Of a stretch of DNA of 32,000 nt, positions 7,757 through 16,960 are shown piece after piece. A model generated the notes under the pieces. It searched no databases, was not told the DNA's origin, and saw only the letters and a list, made by a program, of their open reading frames with translations. This DNA comes from Pyrobaculum aerophilum str. IM2 (lineage in GTDB: Archaea > Thermoproteota > Thermoprotei > Thermoproteales > Thermoproteaceae), in contig NC_003364.1 in assembly GCF_000007225.1 (NCBI RefSeq), forward strand, positions 1,590,001-1,622,000. The letters run 5' to 3'. How positions within the stretch are numbered: position 1 is the stretch's first letter; each line of letters begins with the position of its first letter. The translations under genes were made by a program, and so were the position numbers.

Positions 7757-8872
7757 TTAAGTGTGTTGCTCAGATACGATTTTTAAAATCTTGTCGTCAC
7801 CTGCCCTCAGAGAGCCTCTGCCGTCTCTATTACTTGTGCTTATGAGTATCCCCCCGTCGTCGTCAATAACCACGTCGCGGAGCCTCCCGAACACGTTTTT
7901 GAAAAAAGTGGATATTTTGCGCACCTCCATATTATCGCCAAAGTTTACTGCCGCCAGCATGCTACCTCTGAGACACGCAATTAACAACCAGCCGCGAAGC
8001 CCTGGAAACATGTCCCCGTGGACAAAGGAGGCGCCTGAAGGCGCCCAAGTCTCACTGCCCGTGTCAATTACGGGATCTACAAACTCCCCTCTTCCCGCCT
8101 TACCCGTGGCGAGAGGCCACCCGTAATTCCCTCCCTTTAAAATTATATTAACCTCGTCGTGTCCCACTGGGCCGTGTTCCGTTGCCACCATAACGCCGCT
8201 GGCCCTGTGCCAGTCTATGCCCTGGGGATTTCTATGGCCGTAAGACCAAATTGGGCTGTTGGGAAAGGGATTGTCAGCAGGTGGCCTCCCCTCCTCGTCT
8301 ACCCGCAGGATTTTGCCGGCTAGACTTGATAAGTCTTGGGCAAGCCTAGGGTCTGCGGCATCTCCCGTGGTGATGTACAACATTCCATCGGGGCCGAACC
8401 TAATTCGCCCCCCGTTGTGAATATAAGCCCCCGGAATGCCGTCAATTAAAGTCTTCACCTCCTTTAGCTTAAAAGTAGAGCCGTCTAACCTCCCCCTAAT
8501 TACCCTGTTCCTAATATGTCCCCCCTCGGCGAAATAAGAGGCATATAGATATACCCATGACTTTTTGGGGAACTCCGGGTGTAGCGCCAAGCCCAGTAAG
8601 CCCGCCTCGCCGACATTTGCCACGTCAAAAGACGCTACCAGTTTCTTGCCGCTTGGGCTTATTAACACAAGGCGGCCTGGCCGCTCAGTCACTAAGTACC
8701 GCCCCCCGCCCAAGGGGGCAATTGACCACGGCACTTCTAAATCAGACGCCACCTCAGAGATTTTAAATTTCCACTCCTCAGAAGGCCCCTTTCTTATCAA
8801 CGCGGTCAACAAGCCCAGACTCGCCGATAGGCTAACCAAGACTGCCAGCGTTAAAAACGTACGCCGGCGCAT
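7757..8872 (-). CDS. PQQ-dependent soluble aldose/sorbosone dehydrogenase, exported (twin-arginine-like signal)
   Basis: N-terminus MRRRTFLTLAVLVSLSA. Beta-propeller motifs GLLGLALHPEF, HNGGRIRFGPDGMLY, SYGHRNPQG and GGNYGWP. Confidence 0.85.
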   Translation of the reverse strand: MRRRTFLTLAVLVSLSASLGLLTALIRKGPSEEWKFKISEVASDLEVPWSIAPLGGGRYLVTERPGRLVLISPSGKKLVASFDVANVGEAGLLGLALHPEFPKKSWVYLYASYFAEGGHIRNRVIRGRLDGSTFKLKEVKTLIDGIPGAYIHNGGRIRFGPDGMLYITTGDAADPRLAQDLSSLAGKILRVDEEGRPPADNPFPNSPIWSYGHRNPQGIDWHRASGVMVATEHGPVGHDEVNIILKGGNYGWPLATGKAGRGEFVDPVIDTGSETWAPSGASFVHGDMFPGLRGWLLIACLRGSMLAAVNFGDNMEVRKISTFFKNVFGRLRDVVIDDDGGILISTSNRDGRGSLRAGDDKILKIVSEQHT

Positions 8873-8972
8873 TATCTAACACAGACTTTCATTTATAACA
8901 GTTAAGCGGCTGGCGTCAATTAATTAAATTAAATTTTTGATAACTATATATTTCAGCAAGAATATAATTTCC

Positions 8973-9437
8973 GTGTACAAGGTCGAGGTGCTATGGCATA
9001 GGTGTAGGGGCTGTCCAGATTGTGAAAAGGCGGCGGGGTTGTTCAAGGTGGTCCCCACAGAACATGGGATGAAGGCCACAGTTAAGGGGAGTAGAAAGGC
9101 CGTAATTTCAAGCGAAGAGCTGTATCAGCCTGGGCGTGATGAAAAACCTCTCGCCGAGCTTTACCCCGGCGGCGTATCTTATGTACAAGAGTACCACGTA
9201 GATGTGGGAGACGGCAAAATCACAGTGCTGGACTTACTCATAAAGGTTAAGGAGGATTTAGACGGCACTCTTGTATTCCGCTACGCGTGTAGAATGGGCC
9301 TCTGCGGCGCGTGCACTGTGAAAATCAACGGGAAGCCGCGGCTGGCCTGTATGACTATGGTGGCCGATTTAGGAAGCGAAATAACCGTGGAGCCCATTAC
9401 TGAAAAGGTGATTAAAGACCTCGTCGTTGACGCCTAA
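8973..9437 (+). CDS. Stand-alone SdhB/FrdB N-terminal-type [2Fe-2S] domain protein with N-terminal CxxCxxC extension
   Basis: VLDLLIKVKEDLDGTLVFRYACRMGLCGACTVKINGKPRLACMTMV...VIKDLVVD matches the plant-type 2Fe-2S domain of succinate dehydrogenase Fe-S subunits. GTG start chosen because CTATATATTT lies 20-29 nt upstream. The ORF track starts at 8937. Confidence 0.6.
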   Translation: MYKVEVLWHRCRGCPDCEKAAGLFKVVPTEHGMKATVKGSRKAVISSEELYQPGRDEKPLAELYPGGVSYVQEYHVDVGDGKITVLDLLIKVKEDLDGTLVFRYACRMGLCGACTVKINGKPRLACMTMVADLGSEITVEPITEKVIKDLVVDA

Positions 9438-9846
9438 TCGGCACTATTTCGTCAAGTGCGCCTCCCTCCACGGCCTGCTTCAGCTGGAGGACTTCGTTGA
9501 CAATATCCCTAACCGACACGACTCCGTAGAGCTCGCCCCCTTTAGTGACCACCAAGTGTCTGACGCCGTGCTCCCTCATTAATTTAGCCGCCTTTATCAC
9601 ATCTTCATCAGCCTCTATTGTGACCACCCCTCTAGTTGCTATTAGCGACGCAGGCTCTTCCGGCGAAATGCCCTGGGCCACAGCTCTTATAATATCCCTC
9701 TCAGAAACAACACCAAACAGCCTTCCCTCTCTCACCAACACCAGCAGTCCTATTCGCTTTTTCGTCATTATAGACGCAGCCTCTTTAATGCTGATATTAT
9801 ACGGCGCCGTAATGGGATGCCTCCTCGCAATTACCCCAATCTTCAT
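9412..9846 (-). CDS. CBS-domain pair protein
   Basis: Two CBS repeats ([24 protein letters not shown]). The gene overlaps the upstream dehydratase gene by 4 nt. Confidence 0.8.
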   Translation of the reverse strand: MKIGVIARRHPITAPYNISIKEAASIMTKKRIGLLVLVREGRLFGVVSERDIIRAVAQGISPEEPASLIATRGVVTIEADEDVIKAAKLMREHGVRHLVVTKGGELYGVVSVRDIVNEVLQLKQAVEGGALDEIVPIRRQRRGL

Positions 9847-11354
9847 TTCTCAGAGTCTGTTTGTCTGTGCGGCTCTACCTTGAGGTCTGGGGCCATTGCC
9901 GTTTTAATGCCGGCTAAGCTACTGGCGATTTGCTCAACTTTTTGGAAGTCGTATACCCTCTGGATAGACAGGCGCTGGGCTTGCGGGCTGCCCGCGCCGT
10001 GTACTGATTCTATTAAATAAGCCACGCTGATGCTGGTGTTTTCAAGGAGGCGCAGAAGCCTGAGCCTCTCCTCCGCTGGGAATTCGGGCACGCCTTGTAG
10101 GTACTTCTCCAACAGGGGCCGGAGCTCGGGGTTTTTGAAGTCTGCCTCGCTGGGGGCCGTGCCGAGGAGACCCCCCGCAATGTCGTGGGCTAGGCGGGAT
10201 ATCTCGTAGGGGAATCTCGTCACTAAGTGTTTAGTCACGTTGGCGTACATGGGGTTGACCCACCAGCCGCCGTCTCTTAAAAGCTTCCTCGCCTCCCAAC
10301 TAGCCGCGAGGCCCGCGGAGTACATTGTCTCGTTGAGGAACGCCATCTCCGTCAGTTTTTCTTGTATGTGTGGCTTGTCAGCCACGCCGAGTCTCCTGGC
10401 CAGGCCGTACGACGCGCCTATTATAACGTCCCCAAGCCCCGACTTACAGCCGGCGTATCCCTGTCTGTGGTAGTTGGAGAACACCTCAACGAAAACTCCC
10501 GACCACCTCCACTCCTTATAGAAGAAGACCCTCTCCCAGGGCACGAAGACGTCTTCAAAAATGAGGAAGCCCTCGTGGTTGAACATATAGGGCAGTCCGT
10601 CGATCTCTCCCTCTTCAAACCTCCTGGAGTCGTTTAACTGCCTGCCCACGACTACTTTGACGCCGGGGGTGTCCAGCGGTATGGCAAAGGATATGGCGTA
10701 CTCCGCGTCTTTTTCAGTCATGGCCCTCGTGGGCATGACAATTACCTCGTCCACAACGGCGATGCCTGTTATATTCGCCTTAGCCCCCCTAACCACAATT
10801 CCGTCCTCCCTCTCCTCCACCACTCTGACGTAGGCGTCTTTATTGGGCTGTTCGCTGGGCCTCAGAGTCCTGACTCCTTTGACGTCAGTCATGGCGCCTG
10901 CGAGGGCCAAGTCGTTTTTCTGGACGTATTTCAAATACTCAATAAACCTCTCGACATACTCCCTCCTCCCCTCCCTCTCGGCGATTTTCCCAGTGATAAT
11001 ATAAAGAGTATTTAAGGCGTCCCACCCAACGCACCTCTGGAAACAAGTCCCCGTCTTGTGGCTGAGCTTTCTCAGAAGCTTCACCTTAGCCACTAAATCC
11101 TCAGGGCCTTGGTGGATGTGGACAAACCTATTTACCACCTCTCCAATAAAGGGGCTGTAGGCCCTGGCGAGGCCGCGGGTATCCTCGTCAAAAGCCGCGT
11201 CAAATGTGGCCTTAAAAGACTTCACAGAGGGTTTGAGAAAGGGGTGAGCAGTGACGTCCTCCACCCTCTTACCCATTACGTATATTTCTACGTGCTTCCT
11301 CTTCCTAAGCCCCTCCACGTACTGATCCCCAGTTCTTAAACCCATGGACCACAT
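9843..11354 (-). CDS. 4-hydroxybutyryl-CoA dehydratase / vinylacetyl-CoA isomerase family (HpaB-like fold)
   Basis: About 500 aa. The Cys pair in [13 protein letters not shown] resembles the [4Fe-4S] ligand region of AbfD-type dehydratases. A TATA-like TTTAAATA lies ~24 nt upstream. Confidence 0.7.
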   Translation of the reverse strand: MWSMGLRTGDQYVEGLRKRKHVEIYVMGKRVEDVTAHPFLKPSVKSFKATFDAAFDEDTRGLARAYSPFIGEVVNRFVHIHQGPEDLVAKVKLLRKLSHKTGTCFQRCVGWDALNTLYIITGKIAEREGRREYVERFIEYLKYVQKNDLALAGAMTDVKGVRTLRPSEQPNKDAYVRVVEEREDGIVVRGAKANITGIAVVDEVIVMPTRAMTEKDAEYAISFAIPLDTPGVKVVVGRQLNDSRRFEEGEIDGLPYMFNHEGFLIFEDVFVPWERVFFYKEWRWSGVFVEVFSNYHRQGYAGCKSGLGDVIIGASYGLARRLGVADKPHIQEKLTEMAFLNETMYSAGLAASWEARKLLRDGGWWVNPMYANVTKHLVTRFPYEISRLAHDIAGGLLGTAPSEADFKNPELRPLLEKYLQGVPEFPAEERLRLLRLLENTSISVAYLIESVHGAGSPQAQRLSIQRVYDFQKVEQIASSLAGIKTAMAPDLKVEPHRQTDSEK

Positions 11355-11629
11355 AAGATTACTATATTTAAACTTTCCCCTTAATTGACATAGAGATATA
11401 ATTTAAAATAATGATAAAAATGAAATTAATACTGTGTACAACTAATTTAGAATTGAGTAAAGAGAGAAAAGGTTCCGTGGAGAGAGCCTCTGGGGAACGG
11501 CCAGGTAACGGTGCCTACAATAGTACGAATTTCACTTATCACAGCGCCGACACTCCTTTGCCCACACGCCCCCACATGAACGGCGTCTGTGTAGCACAAG
11601 GGAAAAACATAGCCCAATTAAAAAGAGGC

Positions 11630-12082
11630 TTAGAGATACATTACGATACCACCGTAAACTTCTTCGAGAAAGTATTCGGCGCCTCTCACGTCGTCAACTA
11701 CATCGACTAAATCCCCCTTTGATATGCCGTAAAGTTGAGACGCCAGCGGGCATGCGTATATTTTAAACCTTTCACCATATTGAGCCTTCAACTCCTTAAG
11801 AAAATCATACCACGTTTTTAAAGCGCCCTTGGCCACGGCCTCTTTCAAATTTTTCAGATATACTTGGACATATGGGGTATACATCGCAGGCGATATAGTA
11901 GTCTCCACATCACCCGCATTAAGCCTAGGCAAAACGTCTTTCCTAAATGCCACTAACCCCTCATTAACTAAATGAACAACTACTCTATAGCCCGAGGCTA
12001 AAGCCGCAGCACTGTACACCACCAGACAACAAATCCTATTCGAGGCACCAGAGGCAAACACTATTCCTAACTTTCGATCCAT
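11630..12082 (-). CDS. DsrE/DsrF-like (DrsE_2-type) sulfur-relay family protein, paralog A
   Basis: Alignable with ORF 19397-19858 (KLGIVFASG.../KLAIIAWSG...; KIYACPLASQLYGI...VVDDVRGAEYFLE / RVYACSTTMEMFGI...FVDDVVGAATFLE). The YAC cysteine is conserved. Confidence 0.55.
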   Translation of the reverse strand: MDRKLGIVFASGASNRICCLVVYSAAALASGYRVVVHLVNEGLVAFRKDVLPRLNAGDVETTISPAMYTPYVQVYLKNLKEAVAKGALKTWYDFLKELKAQYGERFKIYACPLASQLYGISKGDLVDVVDDVRGAEYFLEEVYGGIVMYL

Positions 12083-12370
12083 GATATCTATTTTAACTCC
12101 ACGTATATATTATGTAAATTTATGCAAAAATTTCATTTAATTAATTTTAATATTTCTTAATAAATTTCATATCAAAGAATGAGCATAAACTTAAATTAAT
12201 TGTATTATTTATGTTGTGCGCCGTGCATAATTATACGTCGCTGGATGGCTATTAGTACAAGTTAGGAAATTTCCCCAATAACACTGTTAATACACGTGGT
12301 GCTGTGATTACGACCAGGCAGTATATAATTATTATTATTCCGTTGCAATCAAAGCGTTATTTTTTAGCTA

Positions 12371-12392
12371 TTAACAAAGTTAATATTTAAAA
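12371..12392 (+). promoter_or_regulatory. Palindrome TTAACAAAGTTAA + TATA (TATTTAAAA) module of the Mn catalase promoter
   Basis: Nearly identical to the two modules in the phnC/phnD divergent region (ATTAACAA[A/T]GTTAATA[C]TTTAAAA). Confidence 0.65.
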
Positions 12393-12413
12393 ATGAATTT
12401 CGAATTGAGTCCT

Positions 12414-13310
12414 ATGTACCTAAGAATCGACAGGCTCCAAATAGAATTGCCTGCGCCGAAAGAGCCGGATCCAAACGCCGCGGCTGCTGTGCAGGAGCTT
12501 CTCGGCGGCAGATTTGGGGAAATGAATACTTTAATGACATATACATATCAATCCTTCAACTTTAGACTGCACAAAAACCCTGCGTTAAAACCCTTCCGCG
12601 ACTTGGTCGCAAATATCGCCACGGAGGAGCTGGGCCACATAGAGCTGGTTTCGGCTGTGGTAAATGCGCTATATGTGGGAGCCACAAAGCCCGGCCCGCC
12701 CGAGAGCGCGCCGCTAAAGCCGCTGAAAGACGCGAGAAATACCTACCACGCGACAATGACGGGGCTAACGGCTTTTCCATTCGACTCCCACGGCGCGCCG
12801 TGGAAAGGCGAATACATTTTCGTGAGCGGGAACTTAGTCCTAGACTTCTTATATAACTTCTTCCTAGAGGTAGGCGCCAGGCTTGTCAAAATTAGGGTTT
12901 ATGAAATGACCGACAACCCGGTGGCAAGAGAGATGATAGGCTATTTATTAGTAAGAGGCGGAGTACACGCCCTGGCCTATGGAAAAGCGCTTGAGGCATT
13001 AACTGGGGTTGAGGTGTGGAGAATGCTCCCAATTCCAAACATACCAAATAGTAAATTCCCCGAGGCTGCAAAATATGAGAAAATGGGCATTCACAGGACA
13101 TTGTACCGCTTCAGCCCCTCAGATTATAAAGATATTGAGAAGATCTGGCGCGGGACTCATCCAGAGGATGGACAACCTTTGCAAGTATACGACGGCCCGC
13201 CGCCGGGCGGCGAATATTTTGAACTCCCCGAGGTGCCTGAGGAGTTCGCCCCAGGCCTATCAGCTGACGACTTTAGAAGAATAGCAAAGCGACTTGGTAT
13301 AGAACTATAA
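12414..13310 (+). CDS. Manganese (non-heme, di-Mn) catalase
   Basis: Family signatures GGRFGEMNTLMTYTYQSFNF and ATEELGHIELV. Start reset to the ATG at 12414 (MYLRIDRLQ...) because the TATA box abuts the ATG at 12393. Confidence 0.85.
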   Translation: MYLRIDRLQIELPAPKEPDPNAAAAVQELLGGRFGEMNTLMTYTYQSFNFRLHKNPALKPFRDLVANIATEELGHIELVSAVVNALYVGATKPGPPESAPLKPLKDARNTYHATMTGLTAFPFDSHGAPWKGEYIFVSGNLVLDFLYNFFLEVGARLVKIRVYEMTDNPVAREMIGYLLVRGGVHALAYGKALEALTGVEVWRMLPIPNIPNSKFPEAAKYEKMGIHRTLYRFSPSDYKDIEKIWRGTHPEDGQPLQVYDGPPPGGEYFELPEVPEEFAPGLSADDFRRIAKRLGIEL

Positions 13311-13313
13311 TTT

Positions 13314-14045
13314 TTAACCTTTTAAAACTTTTTTTCTAAAAATATAACTAATTATATCTATTACTCCAACAAATAGAAATGTTAATAAAACTAGGGTAAA
13401 AACAGCATCGTATCGCAATAGGCTAATGTATTGGGAAATGTAATAGCCAATGCCTCCTGCGCCGACGAATCCGATTACTGCCGCTGTCCTTAAATTATAT
13501 TCAAATATAAACATTATATTTGTTATAAACTGTTTTCGTAACTTGAGATAGACTAAATGGGCCAATAGCGGAAGGCTGTGAGTAAAAGTCCTCATGACGT
13601 CTAAAAATTCTTTATCTACATTTTCAAAAGTCTCGTAAAATAATTTCGCTAAGTAGCCTGTGGTATATATCGTTAAGGCTAGCGCACCGGCCACAGGCCC
13701 GGGTCCTACCATTATTACGCCTATAACAGCGTATAAAAGAGATGGCACAGTTCTAATAAGCGACGTGAACATTCTCATCACTGACGCTATGGGCGCAGGC
13801 GCTATAGATGGCGTTGATAAGGCGGCTAGGGGGAAGGCTATTAAAGTGCCGGCGGCGGTGGCAAAGGCCGAGATATACATTGTGTCTAACAATGCGTATA
13901 AACCCTCAGCGACAACGTCTGTGTTAAAACCGCCTTCAGAAATCCACGTAATAAGATTAGACATAGCCCTGCTCCAATTCACTTGGTGGAAGCCTAATAA
14001 AAACGCAGAAATAATCACAAGAGCGGCCAGTAGTGGTATTACCAT
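13314..14045 (-). CDS. phnE: ABC transporter permease, PhnE-like (phosphonate/phosphite family)
   Basis: Polytopic membrane protein with the PhnE-type loop LRTAAVIGFVGAGGIGY. Overlaps the upstream ATPase gene. The symbol is a family-level call only. Confidence 0.7.
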   Translation of the reverse strand: MVIPLLAALVIISAFLLGFHQVNWSRAMSNLITWISEGGFNTDVVAEGLYALLDTMYISAFATAAGTLIAFPLAALSTPSIAPAPIASVMRMFTSLIRTVPSLLYAVIGVIMVGPGPVAGALALTIYTTGYLAKLFYETFENVDKEFLDVMRTFTHSLPLLAHLVYLKLRKQFITNIMFIFEYNLRTAAVIGFVGAGGIGYYISQYISLLRYDAVFTLVLLTFLFVGVIDIISYIFRKKVLKG

Positions 14046-14662
14046 ATTCTATAGGCCTTCCCCCCCTCTAGGCGGTAGCCCTTGTCGAAATATTTTATCG
14101 CTAAATCGACGTCGTGCAATACGGCGAGTACAGCGCCATTTTCCTTAAACGCTATTAGTAACTTTAGTACGTCCTCGGCTGTTTGTAAATCGAGGTTTGA
14201 GACAGGCTCATCCGCTAGAATTATTTCGGCGCCGTATATGAGCGCCCGGGCGACGGCGACTCTCTGCTTCTCCCCGCCGCTGAGATTGGCCACGGGCTCT
14301 CTTAACCTGTCCCCCAGGCCAACTTGGCGCAAAACCTGCACTGCCTTTTCTATTAAATGTCGCGGCCAGCGCCCGGTGAATATGCCCAATGGATTCCCGC
14401 TGGCTATTAACACGTTTTCTAAAACGGTAGCCCCCTCAATTAGGCCAATGCTCTGGGGGATGTAGCCAATACGTGAAACATGTCTTTCAATTATGCCAGA
14501 GGTTGGCTTTAAGATTCCGGCGCCAATTTTTAAAAGCGTCGTCTTGCCCGCCCCGCTTTTGCCTAAAAGTGCTACTGCCTCTCCTCTGTTTATTTCAAGA
14601 GTAACATCTCTAAGAATTGTCTTCCCATTTACGGCATACGACACATTTATGTAGCGGAGCAC
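14039..14662 (-). CDS. phnC: ABC transporter ATP-binding protein, PhnC-like
   Basis: Walker A GKSGAGKTT, signature LSGGEKQRVAVARAL, Walker B IILADEP. GTG start. Confidence 0.8.
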   Translation of the reverse strand: MLRYINVSYAVNGKTILRDVTLEINRGEAVALLGKSGAGKTTLLKIGAGILKPTSGIIERHVSRIGYIPQSIGLIEGATVLENVLIASGNPLGIFTGRWPRHLIEKAVQVLRQVGLGDRLREPVANLSGGEKQRVAVARALIYGAEIILADEPVSNLDLQTAEDVLKLLIAFKENGAVLAVLHDVDLAIKYFDKGYRLEGGKAYRIW

Positions 14663-14680
14663 ATGTGGTTTAGCATATTA

Positions 14681-14704
14681 CTTTAAAAGTATTAACATTG
14701 TTAA
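14681..14704 (-). promoter_or_regulatory. TATA (CTTTAAAAG) + palindrome TTAACATTGTTAA module for phnC
   Basis: Mirror image of 14757-14779. The palindrome begins 30 nt from the GTG at 14662. Confidence 0.65.
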
Positions 14705-14756
14705 TAGTTCTAAGTAGAAACGAGTTCTAACCTGAAGTTTTTTCTTCAAAAAAGCA

Positions 14757-14779
14757 TTAACAATGTTAATACTTTAAAA
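14757..14779 (+). promoter_or_regulatory. Palindrome TTAACAATGTTAA + TATA (TACTTTAAAA) module for phnD
   Basis: Mirror image of 14681-14704. The palindrome ends 30 nt from the ATG at 14799. Confidence 0.65.
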
Positions 14780-14798
14780 TTCAAAACGCCAATGGGGC

Positions 14799-15785
14799 AT
14801 GGCAATCGGAAAAAAGGCGTTAATAATAGCAGGAGTATTAGCCGTTGTCATAGTGGCGGCGGTATTGGCGTTACAGAATTACCCCGCGCAGACGCCGCAA
14901 TCCGGCGCCGCGCAGGGGAAGTTCCGTATTGTCGTTAACCCGGGGGTAGCTGAGAAAGTTAGCATCAAGGAGGCCCAGGAGCTGGAAAAGTATTTAGAGG
15001 ATTTGATGGGGATGGACGTGGAGCTGTCATATCCAGCTTCTTCAGCGGCTCTCATTGAGGCTTTGAGGTTTGGGCACGCAGACGCGGCCCTTGGGCCAGG
15101 CGCCTTAGTTGGAGCGCTGGCGGTCAGCTTAGCTAACGCAGAGCTCGTCGCTGTGGAGTACAGAGAGGTTATTATTGACGGAAAGAGGGAGACGGCTCCT
15201 TATTACTACAGTTATTTTATTGTGTTAAAAGAATCCCCCTATGTCTATATAGACGAGCTTAGAGGAAAGAGAGTTTGTTTTCCGTCTGAGACCTCAGTGT
15301 CGGGCTTTATAATGCCTCTAAAGGCCTTGGCGGATAGGGGCTATATAACGCCGGGGGAGGTTGAACGCCCGAGAGACTTGGCGTTGCAATTCTTCGGCGA
15401 CGTGGTATTTGGCGGGGGCTATGCCCAGTGCTGGGCCGCTTTAAAGGAGGGCAAGGTAGACGTAACTGTCATGGCGGGCGACGTGGCCGCCAGTTTATAC
15501 TGGGAGGCTATGAATAACAGCAGAGTTTTGAAATGGAAAGACGGGGGATATGCAATTGCCGGCCCCAACCCCAGCCATGTGGTATTAGTCAGAGGGGATC
15601 TGCCAGAGGATGTCAAAACTAAATTTGTAAATGCCATATTCGCCTTGAATAATAAGCCGGAGTTAATGAGGAATTACGTCTCTGCAATATTTGTAAGATT
15701 TGAGCGAAGAGATGTAAATGAACACCTAAAACCGTTAATTGACGCACTGGACTATTTAAAAATTAAAGAGTTCTATCTAAGGTAA
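14799..15785 (+). CDS. phnD: ABC transporter substrate-binding protein, PhnD-like, N-terminal membrane anchor
   Basis: Hydrophobic N-terminus. PhnD-type motifs FRIVVNPG..., SSAALIEALRFGHADAA and SVSGFIMP. Confidence 0.7.
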   Translation: MAIGKKALIIAGVLAVVIVAAVLALQNYPAQTPQSGAAQGKFRIVVNPGVAEKVSIKEAQELEKYLEDLMGMDVELSYPASSAALIEALRFGHADAALGPGALVGALAVSLANAELVAVEYREVIIDGKRETAPYYYSYFIVLKESPYVYIDELRGKRVCFPSETSVSGFIMPLKALADRGYITPGEVERPRDLALQFFGDVVFGGGYAQCWAALKEGKVDVTVMAGDVAASLYWEAMNNSRVLKWKDGGYAIAGPNPSHVVLVRGDLPEDVKTKFVNAIFALNNKPELMRNYVSAIFVRFERRDVNEHLKPLIDALDYLKIKEFYLR

Positions 15786-15820
15786 AGGTAAAACTTATAA
15801 ACCTGTATTTTTTTAATATT

Positions 15821-16312
15821 ATGGCCGAATTCATAGAACCTGTCGATAAACAAAAGATTATAAATATGTTACTATCGGCATATGCAGACGAGTGGATTGC
15901 CGCCTACTATTATACTCTAACCGCCTATGCCATTAAAGGCCCTCTATCGGAAGAGGTCGCGGAGCATTTCCTAGAGGAGGCTAAGGAGGAGCTGGAAAAA
16001 CACGCGAGGCTTATTGCAGATAGACTACAAGACTTCGACATAGATCCCCCCAGAGACTTTACAAAACTGTGGGAGATCTCAGGCTGTAAATATCCGCCTA
16101 TTCCCAACGATCCCTACGACATAGATGGGTGGATAGCCGCGGCAGTGAAGGCGGAGGAATGTGCCATAAGAGCCTATAAGGAGCTATATCAATACACTCA
16201 CGGCAGAGATCCTGTAACAGAGGAGTTGGCAGAGGAGATCTTGAGAGATGAGGTTAAACACCGCACAGACTTGATAAATCTCCTTACAAAAGAGGGGGCG
16301 AAGAGGCTGTAA
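15821..16312 (+). CDS. Ferritin-like di-iron carboxylate protein (Dps-like/bacterioferritin-like)
   Basis: E...ExxH...E...ExxH pattern (ADEW, ELEKH, AEEC, EVKH) in a four-helix bundle. Confidence 0.6.
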   Translation: MAEFIEPVDKQKIINMLLSAYADEWIAAYYYTLTAYAIKGPLSEEVAEHFLEEAKEELEKHARLIADRLQDFDIDPPRDFTKLWEISGCKYPPIPNDPYDIDGWIAAAVKAEECAIRAYKELYQYTHGRDPVTEELAEEILRDEVKHRTDLINLLTKEGAKRL

Positions 16313-16369
16313 GAGCCCTCAAATTCCCATTTTTAACAACATTTTAATAGACGTATCGGACTTTATCTA

Positions 16370-16801
16370 ATGAAAATTGCAATAGCGTGCGACTTGGAGG
16401 GAAACGTCTTTCCGGGGCACTTCGCCCACGCTCCCAAGTATAGAATATATCAGTACGAAAATGGACAATTAAGGCTTTTGGAGGAGAGGGAAAACCCCCT
16501 TGGCTCTCTGCCTGACTACGACGAACATCACGGCCATGAGATAACAAGGCTTAACGCGGACTTCCAGGGGGAGGAGATGCCCCCAGCCCACGGCCTGCCT
16601 AAATACTCCTGGCTGAGGAGCAAGGTGTTGCCCGACGTGGACGTAATTATTGCAGGTGGGGCGTGTCAAACAAGTTATAGGTACTTCACCAGCCAGGGAG
16701 TGAAGATGTTGTTCACAGAGCCTGTGGAGGTGTCCGCCTTGGAAGAGTACATTGCCAGTGATCCGGTATCGTTTGAAGAAGCTCTTAGACAAGCGGAGTA
16801 A
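16370..16801 (+). CDS. NifX/NifB-like (dinitrogenase FeMo-cofactor-binding fold) domain protein
   Basis: The N-terminus MKIAIACDLEGNVFPGHFAHAPKYRIY is typical of this domain. A TATA-like ATTTTAATAG lies ~25 nt upstream. Confidence 0.55.
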   Translation: MKIAIACDLEGNVFPGHFAHAPKYRIYQYENGQLRLLEERENPLGSLPDYDEHHGHEITRLNADFQGEEMPPAHGLPKYSWLRSKVLPDVDVIIAGGACQTSYRYFTSQGVKMLFTEPVEVSALEEYIASDPVSFEEALRQAE

Positions 16802-16960
16802 AGAACTAATTTTTATAGAAATCAAAAATTTATAGTAGAAAATTTTTAAATAATATAAAGGAAGGACTTTTTAAAGATAATAATCATATATTTAAAGTTA
16901 ATGGAAATTATTAAATTTGTTGATTCTCATTATTTATTAAGGTGCATTAAATTGCGTTGT

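Noticed and set aside
9135-9141. GTGATGA C-box-like heptamers inside coding sequences (9135-9141, 20415-20421; reverse-strand ones near 13784 and 22984)
   Set aside because: Either no D box occurs at a suitable distance, or the guide spacing is wrong (20415-20469). All lie deep inside well-supported CDSs.
11411-11710. ORF 11411-11710 (+), 99 aa
   Set aside because: Low-complexity, implausible composition. It overlaps the 3' end of the DsrE-like gene in antisense.
16802-16960. A/T-rich 160-bp spacer with AATTTTTATAG-like repeats as a possible origin or DUE
   Set aside because: It is short, contains the expected TATA box for the FAD oxidoreductase gene, and has no ORB-like inverted repeats. 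It is adequately explained as a promoter region.
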